DNA of 39,891 nucleotides from Perkinsus olseni (Eukaryota): NCBI GenBank assembly GCA_013115125.1, contig JABANN010000318.1, positions 1 to 39,891 of the forward strand, read 5' to 3'. Shown piece by piece: positions 1 to 11,900 of this stretch (position 1 is its first letter; each line of letters starts with the position of its first letter). The notes under the pieces were generated by a model. It saw only the letters and a program-made list of their open reading frames with translations, ran no database searches and was not told where the DNA came from. The position numbers and the translations under genes were made by a program.

Positions 1-1
1 G

Positions 2-69
<68 letters not shown>
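1..69. repeat. (GTT)23 microsatellite, runs off the window edge
   Basis: Perfect GTT repeat from position 1 to 69. Confidence 0.98.
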
Positions 70-173
70 GCTGCTCTATTTGGAGCATCGGCCCTCGTCT
101 GGATTCCAGATCTGATGATGATACTCCCGCCACATCGAAGAAGCTCACACCGGAGTCTTCGGGGATGTAGGAC

Positions 174-988
174 ATGGGAGGACGCAGCGAAGGGCAACGA
201 CTGTTAAAGTACCAAAACCCCAGCCTATACTCAAGCTCGACAACAGGCGAAGAGGGAGGGAATGATACAGTGTCGAGTCGGTTGAGTCATGATCCTCGTT
301 GTGCTCTGTTCTTCCGACGTCGTCGTCGTCGCCTGCCGCCTTGCCCTGCAGGAGCGGCTGCTGCTGCTGCCGCTTCTGCTGCATCACCTTCATCTGATGC
401 GACCGTCGCAGGGAAAACATAGCCTGGTGACGAGTCGACTACCTTTCTTGTCGCTCATTACGGGCTCTACAATATGATTGACCAGCGGTATAGTCCCCTC
501 GTTATGCTCAATTCTGAGGCGTGAGCATTGGCACAGTAGTGACGCTTCCCCTACAATGGCCGCCGCCGCCGGCCCGCCTCCTCCCCTCCATTCTCCACAA
601 CAGGTGGCACCTCATTGGCGGGGACGAAGGCCTCCAGCGAGTCTACCCGACGCACGACAATGCTACGAACACACACGACAGCCCAATCCCCTACTTGATG
701 CCGCTCCAGCGTCCCCTTCCTCCAGCACTGCTGAGCCGTACGAAATACCCTCACAAGCAGGCCGCCGGGGCTGATATCGCCGGGTGTCGGGCGAGGAAGC
801 TGTTGACGACGAGCGTGCTAGACCGTTATCTGAGAACCCAGCTTAGTGTCCGCGCCAGAGCCAGTCCATCAATCCCAACCTTCAAGAAGCGCCCGCCTGT
901 CGAGTCGGCCGGAGTCCGCCGCCTGAAGGACGGAGCCGTAGACCTACACCCGGGATGGGAGATGCGTACCAAATCAAGATCGGTGTAG
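174..988 (+). CDS. Possible exons of a hypothetical low-complexity protein; structure unresolved
   Basis: ORFs 174-422 and 521-988 look protein-like, with pyrimidine-rich ...CAG acceptor-like sites. No recognisable domain. Confidence 0.2.
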
Positions 989-1161
989 TTGGAGCTGCCT
1001 TGCGTCCACTGCCATGGACATCGACACGCGGATATACACCAGTTCAACGCTGACTGCATTGGCAGAGCGCCTGAAGTGGAGGACCCTCCTTCTATGACTC
1101 AACTATCAACTCGAGGCAGGAGTGTTTACAGGAGTGGTAATGGTTCAATAAGAACAACACG

Positions 1162-2263
1162 TCATGTCGCAGAAGCGCGGTTGAGGATTCGGCTGCCAAG
1201 CTTCCCTAGGGAGTGCCGCCTGATGGTCGCCCTGTACCGTCGCCGTTCTCTCCTCGGGGTGGTGTAACACGTCACCAGCGCTAGAGCATGGACAAAGTCG
1301 GCGCTCATATTTTTCAGCTGATAGTGTCTCGTCCGAGTGCCGGCGACAACACTGACGTCGATTTGAGTTGGCGTATCGAGCTTGAAGCTTGCCTTCGCCA
1401 TGTCGCCCAGAGACCAAGAAGCAACCCTTTTGAAGCAGTTGGCATCCTCGTAGAGTGCAAAGAAGTCCTCTGAGTTGTATAAGTCAACGGCCAGGAACCT
1501 ATCATAGTCTGAGCCGATCGTCCAGCCACCAGTAATCTCTCGGCAGCTACAGCGGCCGCCTTGCCGTGTGAGAGTGATGGCGTCCATGGCAGTCATGCCA
1601 GAGAGCTTGGATACGCTCTCGAAGAGGAGGACAAGCTCACGGTTGTTGCGATGGTCTCTGGTCGCTGGAGGATGGCGATGAATGGTCACAGCGGGTGTCG
1701 ACCAGACGAAATCCTGGGTAGCATCATCAGGCCCCTCGTGAAGCTGGAACTCCAGTGGACTGTATCTGCAGTGGTACAAATTCAAGACTTGAGGAAGCAG
1801 CAGTAGTAGTAGTAGTAGTAGTAGTGACAGTACGCTTTGCCCATGGGCAGATAGCTCTTAGAGATGGCACACTGGAGGACACTATTCAATCCGACTGGTG
1901 GGAAGAGTTCACCATTGAGCTCTTCGCAGTACTTGGCTAGATCGGGGCGACTCACACCACCACAGACGAGTCGCACCTGAAATGTTCACAAGGTTGCATC
2001 ATCATCATCAACCAAACCTGCTCTTGACAGCGCTCACATGCTCCTCGTCCTTCTTCCGACCAGCAGCCTCCTTTGCGTTGGCCTGTGCTGTCATCACTCG
2101 CCATACGCCGAAGTAGCACCCAGCAAGAGTCAGGAAGAGGACCTAGAGAAGAACATCGGGAGTGTCAGATCTGGGCAGAGAGGCTTGCCTGAGGGCGAGC
2201 AAAGATCTCCCACATCCCTACGAGGGCGTAATGAGTCACCCATGCCAGGATATCCATCACCAT
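1162..2263 (-). CDS. Multi-exon hypothetical protein with a hydrophobic N-terminus
   Basis: Starts MVMDILAWVTHYALVGMWEIFARPQ, then a probable GC-AG intron, then VLFLTLAGCYFGVWRV...KKDEEH / VRLVCGG... Long final ORF 1162-1785. One junction is unresolved and no family was recognised. Confidence 0.5.
1804..1824. repeat. (TAG)7 microsatellite, probably intronic
   Basis: Direct reading of the sequence. Confidence 0.9.
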
Positions 2264-2449
2264 GACGATCAAGCAACCAACGCTGCTGGGTCTACTGGCA
2301 GCAGACCGTGTTGGGCCTAGCTCCCAGTGACAGGTTGTGGGAAGTTAGGTCCGGGTGATTGGGAACACCAGCACAGGGGGTGTCAGAAAAATAGCACTGT
2401 CATGGGGCAAAATGAAAAAGGCAAAAGAGAGGAAGTCGCTTTGACGAAT

Positions 2450-4069
2450 CTACACCAATGGAGTGAGTAGCAGACGAATGCTGCGATCCACGGGTTTCAT
2501 GGTCAACCTAAAGATACTCTCGGGCTCAGCTGCTTGAGCATCCCCGTCCGGGAGCAGCAGCCGGAATTGGGTGACGATAGTGGCAGCCATCATCACAAGC
2601 TCGGCCACAGCGAGCTGTTTACCGACGCAAACCCTCGGGCCGTAGCCGAATGAGAGGAGATCGGTGCCATGCAGGAGGTCTCTATTGACCTCGCTGTCGG
2701 GCTCCAGCCACTGGTCCGGCTTGAACTCGGAGCCGTACTTGAGGACCATCGCACCGTAAAGATTGCAGACGACGACGCTCGCCTTAGGTAGGGAAGAGCC
2801 GCAGAGAAGCACACCAGGGCGGGCCGTCTCCAAGACCAGAGTATAGGCGGCTGGGCGCAGTCTGAGCACCTCCATCACACATGCGTTTAAGTAGGGGAAT
2901 TTTGCCTTATCCAAGACACTACCATTCCCGGTCGTGAGTTCTTGTCGTAGCCTGTCTTGAACCCGAGGATACCTAGCCAGGTACCAGAGAAGGTAGCTGG
3001 CAGTCCCAGCCGTGGTCTCATTCCCTGCTGTAAGGAAGGTTAATAAATTACCTTTGAGGGAGGCATCCAAGGCAGGTCCCTCCGAAAGAGAGAAGTGCTG
3101 CACCAGCGTCTGGAGGAGGTCATTCGGCACACCTTCGTCGCCGGAGGCGATCGCCATCTTCCGCTTAAGTATGCAGTCGGCTAGCATCCTCCCGTTCCTG
3201 TCGGCTCGTGCTGCTATATCGTCGTATGTGGTCCGAAGCTGGTTGAAGGGCCAGATCTTCCCCCAGGGCGCGCGGTCACGCAAAAGCTGAGGCAAATCAT
3301 TCTCAATGGCCACTCGGACGTCTTCCTGCACGGCCTCATTCGAGCCTCTCTGGAAGCCCAGATCACGGCCGAGTATCAAACGGCATATCACATCCAAAGT
3401 GAGCTTGTTGAGGTCTTCTTGTACAGTGCAGACCATTATTGGTCCCTGGTTCGTTCCCTGGGCCCTCCACTTTTCCCCCATCTCTCTTACAGCCTCGGCG
3501 ATGATAGGAGTAGCTTGCTCATTAACTCTCTTATCGTTGAAGGCTGGTGACGTCAGGCGTCTGAGCTGACGCCACTCCTCGCCCTCAGCACTGAACAGGC
3601 CGTGTGCTCCGATACCATCGAAGGAGCGTTTCACTCGGAACCGTCGGGTATAGTCGTGCGGCCTGGCTTTCAGTACTTGCTTAATCTCGGTGATACCGGA
3701 CAGAATGGTAGCCTTAGAAAAGAGGAACCGGAATGAGTAGACGGGACCATACTCGAGAGCCCATCGATTGAAATCATCACCTTCATGACCACGACGGAGG
3801 CGCCCGAACATACCTAGACAAGCAGCAGTCAACGAGGACACAGCAGGGGTGCCCCTCCCTGGAGAAGTACCTAGTATTGGTGGCCCCCTGGGACCCTTGA
3901 ATGGCAGATCTCTGCCTGTAGCATTGCGCCAGAGTCGGTAGAGTGCGTAGCACAGTCCCCCCAAAGTGAGCGCCTTCCTAACTGAAGCAGCTCTATCAGA
4001 TGGCACATCAGACAGAACAGTCCTTAGCAGCTGCCAAGGCTTGTCTAGAAGGTCAACGAGAGATGCCAT
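2450..4069 (-). CDS. Cytochrome P450, membrane-anchored type; one probable 57-nt in-frame intron at 3814-3870
   Basis: N-terminal hydrophobic segment, Pro-rich GPRGPPILG hinge, I-helix AGNETT, K-helix EVLR, PERF-like FKPDQW and heme motif FGYGPRVCVG. First ATG at 4069. Confidence 0.95.
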   Translation of the reverse strand: MASLVDLLDKPWQLLRTVLSDVPSDRAASVRKALTLGGLCYALYRLWRNATGRDLPFKGPRGPPILGTSPGRGTPAVSSLTAACLGMFGRLRRGHEGDDFNRWALEYGPVYSFRFLFSKATILSGITEIKQVLKARPHDYTRRFRVKRSFDGIGAHGLFSAEGEEWRQLRRLTSPAFNDKRVNEQATPIIAEAVREMGEKWRAQGTNQGPIMVCTVQEDLNKLTLDVICRLILGRDLGFQRGSNEAVQEDVRVAIENDLPQLLRDRAPWGKIWPFNQLRTTYDDIAARADRNGRMLADCILKRKMAIASGDEGVPNDLLQTLVQHFSLSEGPALDASLKGNLLTFLTAGNETTAGTASYLLWYLARYPRVQDRLRQELTTGNGSVLDKAKFPYLNACVMEVLRLRPAAYTLVLETARPGVLLCGSSLPKASVVVCNLYGAMVLKYGSEFKPDQWLEPDSEVNRDLLHGTDLLSFGYGPRVCVGKQLAVAELVMMAATIVTQFRLLLPDGDAQAAEPESIFRLTMKPVDRSIRLLLTPLV

Positions 4070-4359
4070 TATCTTGAGTATAGGGACCGTATAGCCGAGA
4101 GGCTGCTGCCTGCTACCACGGTCACACTCTCGTAACAACACAACGCCCAGGAAACTTGCGAGACCGCAGGTTAAATCTTGAGGTGGCTAGGGTCTGGTCT
4201 CAGATTAGGTGGCGACACCGCAGTGGAGCCGGTTGGGAATAATGCTGTACTAACAGTTATGATATTCAACAGCAACTGTACAGTGCCAAGCGAGCCGATC
4301 TATTGGACGCCCGAGGTCCAGCGAATATTGAAACCGGCAGTCGAAGTGGGGAAAATGTC

Positions 4360-4407
<48 letters not shown>
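4360..4407. repeat. (CTA)16 microsatellite, intergenic
   Basis: Direct reading; it produces the spurious poly-Y, poly-V and poly-S ORFs in the track. Confidence 0.97.
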
Positions 4408-4410
<3 letters not shown>

Positions 4411-4538
4411 CCAGAATTATCGTCGTTGTCAAACATGAAGCAATGATGGCGACGGGGACGGGGACAGCAGGAGTAGACAGCGAAGACCGTCGTGAGCTTA
4501 TCGGGCTTCAACGGTCCAGTACAGCGTCGACGACTATC

Positions 4539-6296
4539 TTAGTGTATGCCTGCGGCGTCCAAGGCCCGCTGGATGAGGTCGCCCAACCAGAAACTGAAGA
4601 GGATGTGAAATAGCGGGAGAAAGGAAAGGACGGTTCTCGTTACCTGGCAGCGGCACTGAGAGCTCCCTGCAGCAACATATAAAGGCCACCTTTCAAGGGA
4701 TTCTGATTAACCACCTTGGATTTAACCACACCCAGAATGAACAGAGTCAACAAACTGGTGCATACGGTACCTGAACAACAGCAGTAGAAAAAGAACTATG
4801 GGAGCTCACTTCACGAACGAAGGCATTGCCTATCAGGCTAATAGTATCAGTACTAAAAGGAGATGGATGTTGACGACGGGTAGGAAAGACTTTGTCGAGA
4901 ATATAGTCGCACAGTGAGTCTAGTCTGGCGAATATCAATATGCATTCACAGCAGCGACAACAGTATGCGGAACGCCCGAAAGCTTCGAAAAACGGTAATA
5001 CAGTACCGAGAAATTTTCTAGCGGCGGCGTCGTAGCGGAGGAATATTACCAAACTGGACCGCTACGCTAGTGAGCTGACTGATGGAACAACGTTCCACTC
5101 TTCCAAGCGACATATCGCCATCAAACCATGTCTTTATGTACGCAAAACAATAGACTATAACTTCTCCCAGCATACCCGCAAACGCGCCGGCGACTGGCAG
5201 ATCCTTTACTAACATTATAAGGAGGAGGTAGGACAGGAGAGGCACCTAAGGGAGGTCAATGCTGATGCCATCACAAATATTGAGTTATTACCGAGCCAAA
5301 CACCATGAATGAACAAAACATGGCGAACCCAGAGGCAGCGGCGCTATCTTCAGTATCCACTGGAAACATTCCTGAGAACGTAACGTTGAGGAAGTGCAAG
5401 AATGCAAGATAGTTTGATGATCGTGAGTAGGCGGCCCCCCACCTAGTTCAGTAAGCATCATATGCTCGATCCAAAACTCCTTGTATTTTGACAATGTCGT
5501 GGCTACTGTTATGGCATCTTCCTTAGATATGCCACGCGAACGATACAGCTGCACCATCTCGGAAACCTCCCCCTATGTACAAGCTGGATCAGCACTCCCC
5601 GACCATCATCAGTACACCCTATTACCTCGGGATAATTCTCAACTTCCCATTGTTCTCTCTTCTGCTCCTTCATAGCTACATCTGTCTCGGCCTTAGCCGA
5701 TACATACCTGAATCACCTCCATTATAGCCGGTAGAGCGAGCTGCCTTTGAAGGATGCCTTACTCGCCAAAGCCCATGCCGAATGCCCCGGCGACGAGGTT
5801 ACCAACTCCTACGGCCACCATGTGGGCTAGAGTAAGTTGAGCTCCTACCGACCCAGCGATCAATGCGAACATAGTACCTACCACAGCGACAGAAGCAGTA
5901 AGGCACAGGGTTACTCGGACGTTATTATTACTTATCCCATCAAGGCCACCAAAGACCATTGGCTTAACATACCGACTGCCAGTTGCTTCTGGCTCGTTGT
6001 GATCGGCCATTTTGGCCAGTAGCTCATCACTGAGTACCAAAATTTACGGAAAACGCAATGGTCCAGGCGAGCTTACGACATATCCGACGTAAACAGCTGG
6101 TGAGCATTCCGGCTTGCGGTGGGGTCACGGGCATCGAAGGCCTGTCTCGCACCTGTGATGAGAAGGACGGGTAAGTTGAGTAGAAGGCAACTGTTTGAGT
6201 GTTCTTACTGTTCACTCGTGTGTCATTGAGAGCCTGATAAGCAGCTTGAGGATGCTGAGGTGCTGTGCCTGCTGCTGTTGAACCGTTGTCTAACAT
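4539..6296 (-). CDS. VIT1: Vacuolar iron transporter, VIT1/CCC1 family, multi-exon
   Basis: Exons give YVKPMVFGGLDGI, GNLVAGAFGMGFGEYVS, EQKREQWEVENYPEGEVSEMVQLY, HMMLTELG, SFMVFG..PLLSY and LFILGVVKSK...LQGALSAAA. Stop TAA at 4539-4541. Confidence 0.93.
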
Positions 6297-6966
6297 CTCG
6301 GTCAAAAGTTAACGTTATAGCCTTAAAATAAACTGAACAAGAAAAGCTGGTCAACGACGCGCACGGAAGGAAAACACCTAGGGAGATCACCGATTGCTTA
6401 GTTAGGAACCGGTGGGAGACTAAGCAAAGTTTTTGTCCCAGCGACAGTTAGTAGCGACACTCGGAAACTTGGACGGTTGGGTAGACTAGAAAATCCAAGG
6501 ATGTCCCTGGGATAACACAAAACATGTCACAGCCACACCAATAGTATTTGCAGTTGTTTGGATCAAGCATCGAGAATGGTACGGATAGAGAAAAGTAAGA
6601 ATACAGTGAAACTAGACCATCACCACTACTACGCAGACTGGGCTAAGGGACTAGAAGCCATTACCGCTAGACAATCAAAAGGCAGCGACAACAGCGAGAG
6701 AGCAACAACAATGCCATCAGCCGCAATGACTGTAAGGGAGAAGGCAATCAAGGATAGCAGATATAGAGGTAAGAAGTAGAAGAAGAGATACGTAAAGCAA
6801 GCGGCCCAGCAGCAGCAGCAGCAAAGGGTGGTGGTGGACACGGACGACATAGCCTGGAGGACTCGGTAGCCGAGCGTTCAACATGTTATGGTATCGGAAA
6901 CTTATCGCCTTCAGAAAAGCAGCAGATGAGCGTTATAATGCTACATGTAGGGAGAGGCAACTAGTA

Positions 6967-8474
6967 CTATCCTAGGAGGTCCAGCAGAGGGTTATCCGCC
7001 ATACCGGCAGAGGGAGGAGCAGCAGGAGTACCGATACCAAGATCAGCGTATGGCGCTGCTGCTGCTGGTCTGCTATCACTGATGAGCGCGGTAGGGTCCT
7101 CTGGCGGCTCGATTGGACCATGATCTTTCACGAAGGCATCCCTAAAGACAAGGATGATTAAAATGTTCCTCCTCCTCCTACTACTGGAGCACTACGGTTT
7201 AGGGTTATATGGCAGTGTCATAATTATCGCACGCTAAGCCCTGTTAGGTTATTACGTGGTTATAGCTTTCTTCGAGTTGCAGGCAGCGGCGAAGCGGAGA
7301 GGGTTGCGCTTGCTCTCATTCTTCATCTTGGTATTCAGCTGAGCAGATGTTCTTGTAGAGCCGAAGACCGTGGATATCATCATCAAGTCCGGGCCATACC
7401 TGACAATGAAGTTGCGGAAGTTATGGTATGACCTGCAACCATGCGCCATATGGCGACTCACATCGACAGAGCCTCATAAAACTTGTCGGTCTCCTTGTCG
7501 GACCAAACGCTGCGGTTGGACCTTTTATAAGCATCTTTATACTCGCACCGTCCAGATTCATCCTGAGAGAAAACTAGCTCCAAACACAGAAACAAGAATA
7601 CCATCTTCCCTCCTACCGTAGTTGTCATCATACTGAGATCTCCGAACACATCTCCAGTCAGGCCCGAGCTGGCCTGTTGGAGTACAATATTACCACTCTC
7701 ATCGAACTTCAGCTGTGGCTGAGGGCCTCCGACAGCACCACCAATCGAGGAAGGGCTTGAAGCGCTAGTGGGTTTATCGATGCCCAAACCAAAAAGGTCG
7801 CCAAATGCTCCATCAAGAGGGGTCAGGTCTTCCGCCTGAGTGGCCGGGGTTTTAGGCGATTCTCCCTCACTCTTGCTCTTCTTCCTATTCTTCTCCTCTG
7901 CTGTCTCTTGTGCTACAACCTTGTTAATTAGATCCACCATCATACCATTATTGGACGACTGGCCAGCATGACTCGAAGGGACAGCAGCACCACTCGCAGC
8001 TCGACCCTTCTTCGTCGTCGAACAGGGCTCCATACCGAGCTCAGTACGCAATCTCTTTCCTATTCTACGGCTAATTTGAGTAGTAGAAGTGAGAGCCTTG
8101 TCGGACTTCTTCCGTCTACCACGACCACGCCGCTTGGAGCCCACTCCACTGCCGCTATCCCCGGGGCTGCTTGGAGGCTGCGTCGGCGAGGGGAGTACAA
8201 GCTCAGTCATACCATTGCTAGGTACCACGTCAGTGCTCGTGCTCAGAGGAGATGCTTCCGAATCTCCACCGACAGACGGCACCGGTGCATTAGAAAAAAC
8301 GTCCATGGTCGGATCTATGGCGCCATCACCACCTGAGCCACTGGGGATGACGACACACGCACTCGAGTCAACAGCTGCCCCGTGTCCTCGATCGGGAACA
8401 GAGACAGCGGCATCACCGGCTGTAGGGTGAGTAGAACCTCCAGACAACTCTTCCCCTACATCAAGGGCCATCAT
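6967..8474 (-). CDS. BDP1: Bdp1 (TFIIIB B'')-like SANT/Myb domain protein
   Basis: WSDKETDKFYEALSM / YGPDLMMISTVFGSTRTSAQLNTKMKNESKRNP fits the Bdp1 SANT pattern. It is preceded by PQLKFDESGNIVL and a low-complexity N-terminus with basic NLS-like patches. Last exon ends ...LDLLG* at 6967. Confidence 0.75.
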
Positions 8475-8973
8475 TAAAATACCTCAAAAAAGGGCCACCT
8501 ACAGAGGACAAGGTCATCGCATCACCTCCGACACAATCTGCTGTCCCCATCACTCTGTCGCGCGCTCATGGCAAACACTCTGTGAAAATCTCGCTCGGCC
8601 GCCTTTCCCTTTAGCGGAGTCCGAAGATCCACACAAAGACTGTCCCCACAACAATCTTGCCCTAGAATGGCGAACAACACAATGCTGTCTCCCTGTATGG
8701 TACGAAACGCTTGACATTGTGGTTGAGGAACTGTCCTCTCCAACTCTATAGGAACATAGTCACTGACCTTCATCACCGCACTCTGTAGATAACCTTAAAA
8801 GGGGGGACCTACTCCGACTTCTTCTCGTCATGGTTCTCGCCGACGTGATGGCAGCAGCCCTGAGAGGCAAGCGTATCCATCCTCCTTTGCTCGAATGGTG
8901 ACGACACCAAGAACCACTCAAAACTCGAAAGAAGGTTCCAGAAAAACCGAGTTCAGAAGGGGAGAAGTTTTAC

Positions 8974-11900
8974 TCAAAAGATGGAGATACCAAGAACGGT
9001 CATAGGAATGAAGATGAGGAGCATGTAAAAGAAAAAGGCAAGCACTATCAGCATGGCAATGACATCTATATAGGTAGACGCAGTCACTGGATATGATCGA
9101 CGAGGAGCACGGCCCTTAGACTCCGAGGACGATGATAACGATTTGTCTCTGCTAGAGGCAGCAGCAGAAGTCGAGCATTTAACAGACTGAGCAGCATTAT
9201 CTACTTTACGACCATCGTCATCAACGTGAGTATCACAGGAAGGCTGGCGAGTCGACGAGGACGAGGAACGGCAGGAGTGAGTAGGAGTATCACAAGCACC
9301 CTAACCATTTATATGTTGTTATTGAGACATTAGTGGGCAGACAACACCCCAGTAGTGCTTACCTCGCAGTTCTTCAAGGGTTCTGGCAGCTTGGCCAGGG
9401 CCTCAGGGAGGCGGCCCATGAAGGGTTGGATGGTATGAAGATCATCCGAGTTCACCTCCGACTCCTTCTCGAACATGTCGAACATCTCGGCGATGCCGAA
9501 TGTACCCAAAGGCCTCGCCTAAACCACACAGAATGAGCGGAGCCCACCGCGAACTGCTGCTGCGTATGATGATGATCACTACCGTGTCACGCTTCCGCAG
9601 AGTGACGGTGAGGTCGTTCTGCTCCTTCTCACCAACAACAGCGATGTAGTTGTATGCTGCAACCTGAGCTTCACGAACCTTCTTATTCATCGTCCTCGTA
9701 GAGAGGTCAGCGTCGGCCTCGTAGCCCAATCGGACGAGCTGCTTGCGGAGGTAGCTGAAAGGAAGAACTCATCATGACACCCCGACAGTAATAAAGATAA
9801 GGACTTCTACTCCCACTTACTCGGCATAATCGCTGTACTTGTCGCTAACAGGGACGACCATAACCTGCCTAGGCGACAGCCAGAATGGCCATTTACCGCC
9901 GAAGTGCTCCGTCAGGATGGCGGTGCATCTCTCGATGGAACCAAGAATGGCACGATGGACCATAACGGGGCGCTCGAAGCCTGAGAGGAGTAATAAAAGC
10001 AAGAACAGAGGCCCAACAACATCGTACCAGGCTTGAGCTCTCCCAAAGTGATCTCGTCAGCCTTGGCCTTGCTTCCGACATTCTCAGCAGCAGCGGAGCT
10101 GTGAGAAGCCTTCTTGTCGTCGGCAGGACTGTTGGCGGCCTCTGATGTTGAGTGGGCATCACCAGTCTCCTCAGACTCCGCGGTGCGGTACTGTAGATTG
10201 AACCTAAAGGTCATACAAGTGAGAAACTCACCCGCCAGGGATCGAACCCGGGGCTACCTGATTGGCAGGTTGAAATCGAGCTGAATGGTACCACACTGAT
10301 GATATCGATTGAGAGCATCACGCAAACGAATGTCGATCTTGGGACCATAGAAGGCACCTACAAGGCGACAGCAATCGTCCACTCAGATAGGCGGAAGTAT
10401 GAGCACTACCATCGCCGGGGTTTAGGGTATACTCGATACCGCAAGCCTCGAGGGCGTTCTTAAGGCCGTTCTCAGCCGTGTCCCAGATGGCCCTAGAGCC
10501 AATGGCCTTCTTAGGACGGGTGGAGAGGCAGACCTTCAAGGGCAACAGTAGGGCTGGAGGGAGGGACAATCGATGGTTATTACTGAGAAGTCGAAGCCGA
10601 AGGTGTTGTAGACGAACTTGAGGAAATCAAGAGCATGAGTGATCTCATCTTGGACCTACCCATAAGCAGCAGCAGCAGCTAGTACTCGCGAGTTACCATC
10701 ATAGTGGGGGCTTACCTGGTCGGGGCGGCAGAAGATATGCGCATCATCCTGCTGGAACCTCCTAACACGAGTAAGGCCCGATAGAGTGCCCGAGAGCTCA
10801 TTACGATGGAGGACACCGAAGTCAGCCATACGGATGGGAAGCTCCTTGTAAGAGCGGACCTGATGACGACAAATAATAAGGAGTGATGGTGATGTGATGG
10901 TACTACCTTCTGGTCGAATATCATACAGTGGCCGGGACAGTTCATAGGCTTCAGGTACCACGTCTCGCCCTCGATATTCATACTATACCTAAAGGGAAGG
11001 ACGACCACCTCCATTGCTGCGGACAACACGGTCAGACAAGTGACTTACATGTTGTCCTTGTAGTTACCACAGTGACCAGACTGCTGGAAGAGAGCTTCAC
11101 TGTAGATGTTAGGGGTGATGACCTGGGGCGAGAAGAAAATCATCACAATGGTAATGTACGGGAGTCTTCGTGGCAGCAGCTCACCTCATCGAAGCCACGA
11201 AGTCTGTATTCTCTACGGATGAAGTCAACGAGCTTGTTGTAGATGATAGCACCATGACTGGTCCAGAAGCACGAGCCAGGGGACATGGTCGGGTGGAAGA
11301 AGAAGAGATCCTGCAGACAAGATGACAAATGCCCTATCAGCACTACCATCGCCAGCAGCGGCAGCCCGCGCACCTGCTTCTTGCCGATAAGCCTATGATC
11401 TCTCTTCATAGCCTCCTCTATGTTCTTCTTATACTCCTTCAGCATCTTCTCGGTAGGGAAGGATATGGCATACACACGCTGTAGGGAGTCGTTCTCCGCC
11501 TAAGACAACCACGAGGCTATCGAAACCCGTCTATCGGTGGTGTGAAGGGTACCTTGCCCAACCAGTAGGCCTGAGAGTTCTTGTTAACCCAGAAGGCCTT
11601 TGCGATGCCAGTGCGAGGGAGATGAGGACCACGGCAGAGATCGACCAAAGATCCGATACGATACACAGAAGTCTTCGATCCATCAGGCACCTGACACAGC
11701 AGGCCTCCGTCGCCTATCACCGCCACCGGCAGCACTCACCTTAGTGGAGATAAGCTGAAGCTTGAAGGGGTTGTGAGCGAAGAGCTCCAATGCCTCCTCC
11801 TTAGTGACAACCAACCTTTGGAACTGATCAGGGCACCCAGTACGATGAGTCCCCCACTGTCCATGGCCACCCAACACTACCTTCTGATCCTCCTTCACGA

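Noticed and set aside
4073-4092. CTCAAG just upstream of the P450 ATG as a relict spliced leader
   Set aside because: Only the last 6 nt match the leader 3' end; more likely an ordinary acceptor or chance.
4178-4511. ORFs with poly-Tyr, poly-Val or poly-Ser
   Set aside because: Translation artefacts of the (CTA)16 microsatellite.
6558-6850. Short ORFs on both strands between VIT1 and Bdp1
   Set aside because: No domain; composition is explained by purine/pyrimidine skew and CAG repeats. A small gene cannot be excluded.
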